Shown in pieces: positions 62,840-64,000 of a DNA stretch of 64,000 bases; the stretch's first letter is position 1, and every line of letters begins with the position of its first letter. The DNA comes from Leucoraja erinacea. Its lineage: Eukaryota. Under the pieces are notes generated by a model, which saw only the letters and a program-made list of their open reading frames with translations, was not told the DNA's origin and searched no databases. The stretch spans positions 22,444,001-22,508,000 of the forward strand of contig NC_073395.1 in the NCBI RefSeq assembly GCF_028641065.1, in the 5' to 3' direction. The translations under genes were made by a program, and so were the position numbers.

Positions 62840-63454
62840 CTGGAAAATAAAACAAAAAAACAATGGAAAAAGAAACAAGTATTTAAACGTTTTGAGAAAG
62901 GGAGATTGAAACAGAAATTAGGTGCAGGAATAGGCCATTCGGCCCTTTGAGCCAGCACCGCCATTCAATATGATCATGGCTGATCATCCAGAATCAGTAC
63001 CCCATTCCTGCTTTCTCTCCATATCCCTTGATTCCGCTAGCCCTAAGAGCTAAATCTAACTCTCTCTCGCTGATTTGTACAGCGTAAAAACAGGCCCTCG
63101 GGCCCACGATGCCCGTGCCGATCTTTCTGCCCAGTTACACTAATCTCATCGGCCACATTACAAACATATCCTTCTATGCCTTGCCCATTTAAGTGCCTGT
63201 CTACATGTCTCTTAAACATAGTGATTGCATCTGAAACCATTTCCTCCTCTGACAGCATGTTCCAGATATCAACCACCCCCTTATATCTAGAACCTGGTGG
63301 AGGGGAGGGGGGCGAAGGGAGTACAAAGAAGGGATGAGTGCTTTTTGTAACTTTGTTGATGCGTTTGTGGTGACTGTGTACTGTGTAGGCAAATGTGCAG
63401 TGTTTGCAGGAAAAATGTCAGGAATACCATGTTTACAGAAAAAAATCTTTCCCA

Positions 63455-63770
63455 TGGGGAGTCCAGAACCAGGGGTCACAGTTTAAGAATAAGGGGTGGG
63501 CCATTTAGGACTGAGATGAGGAAAAACTTTTTCACCCCGAGAGTTGTGAATCTGTGGAATTCTCTGCCACGGAAGGCAGTGGAGGCTAATTCACTGGATG
63601 TTTTCAAGAGAGTTAGATATAGCTCTTGGGGTTAACAGAATCAAGGGATATGGGGAGAGAGCAGGAACGGGGTTCTGATTTAGGATGATCAGCCATGATC
63701 ATATTGAATGGCGGTGCTGGCTCGAAGGACCCAATGGCCTATTCCTGCACTTATTTACTATGTTTCTAAA
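63455..63770 (+). mobile_element. CR1 3' fragment
   Basis: GESRTRGHSLRIRGGPFRTEMRKNFFTPRVVNLWNSLP, followed by the CR1 tail. Confidence 0.85.
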
Positions 63771-64000
63771 AACAAAATTTTTTACTGCTCCTAGCTAGAC
63801 ACAAGTGACAATAAAGTGTTATCCTCATCATCATCAGATGAAATAAAAGCGACTCATAAGCAGATCAACGTTAAGTGTTAAAGGTTAACATCATGTATTT
63901 CATTAAAAAAGCATATTTTTACATTTAAGTTCAGATGCAACAAGGGTCAAAATATCTCTTGTAAACCAGAAACTGGTCTCAGGGTGTTTGTTTCTTGGCC

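Overview
Vertebrate genomic DNA, most likely a cartilaginous fish such as a skate or ray (inferred from the CR1, Penelope, Rex1/Babar and V-SINE repeat content). It holds four spliced genes in the order and orientation known from human 12q23.3: HSP90B1/GRP94 (+, 18 exons, 14056-27598, 801 aa, ends KDEL), the microprotein UQCC6/C12orf73/BRAWNIN (-, 67 aa), TDG (+, 10 exons, 389 aa) and GLT8D2 (-, 8 coding exons, start outside the window). Exons were traced by hand from splice sites and reading phase. The HSP90B1 CpG promoter has three ERSE elements and, facing the other way, an RFX X-box and splice donor that suggest a head-to-head gene. The first 13 kb is a nest of transposons: an old CR1 interrupted by an L1 (15-bp TSD), interrupted by a ~3.95-kb non-autonomous Helitron that contains CR1/Rex1 pieces and a second Helitron. 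Other points of interest: many short Penelope-derived repeats with minimal hammerhead-ribozyme cores, a solo LTR inserted at one such core, a GC-AG intron, short templated insertions, a CpG-rich minisatellite next to the TDG start codon, and a possibly truncated TDG C-terminus. No prokaryotic-type system is present. Gene and family calls come from recalled sequences, not database searches.
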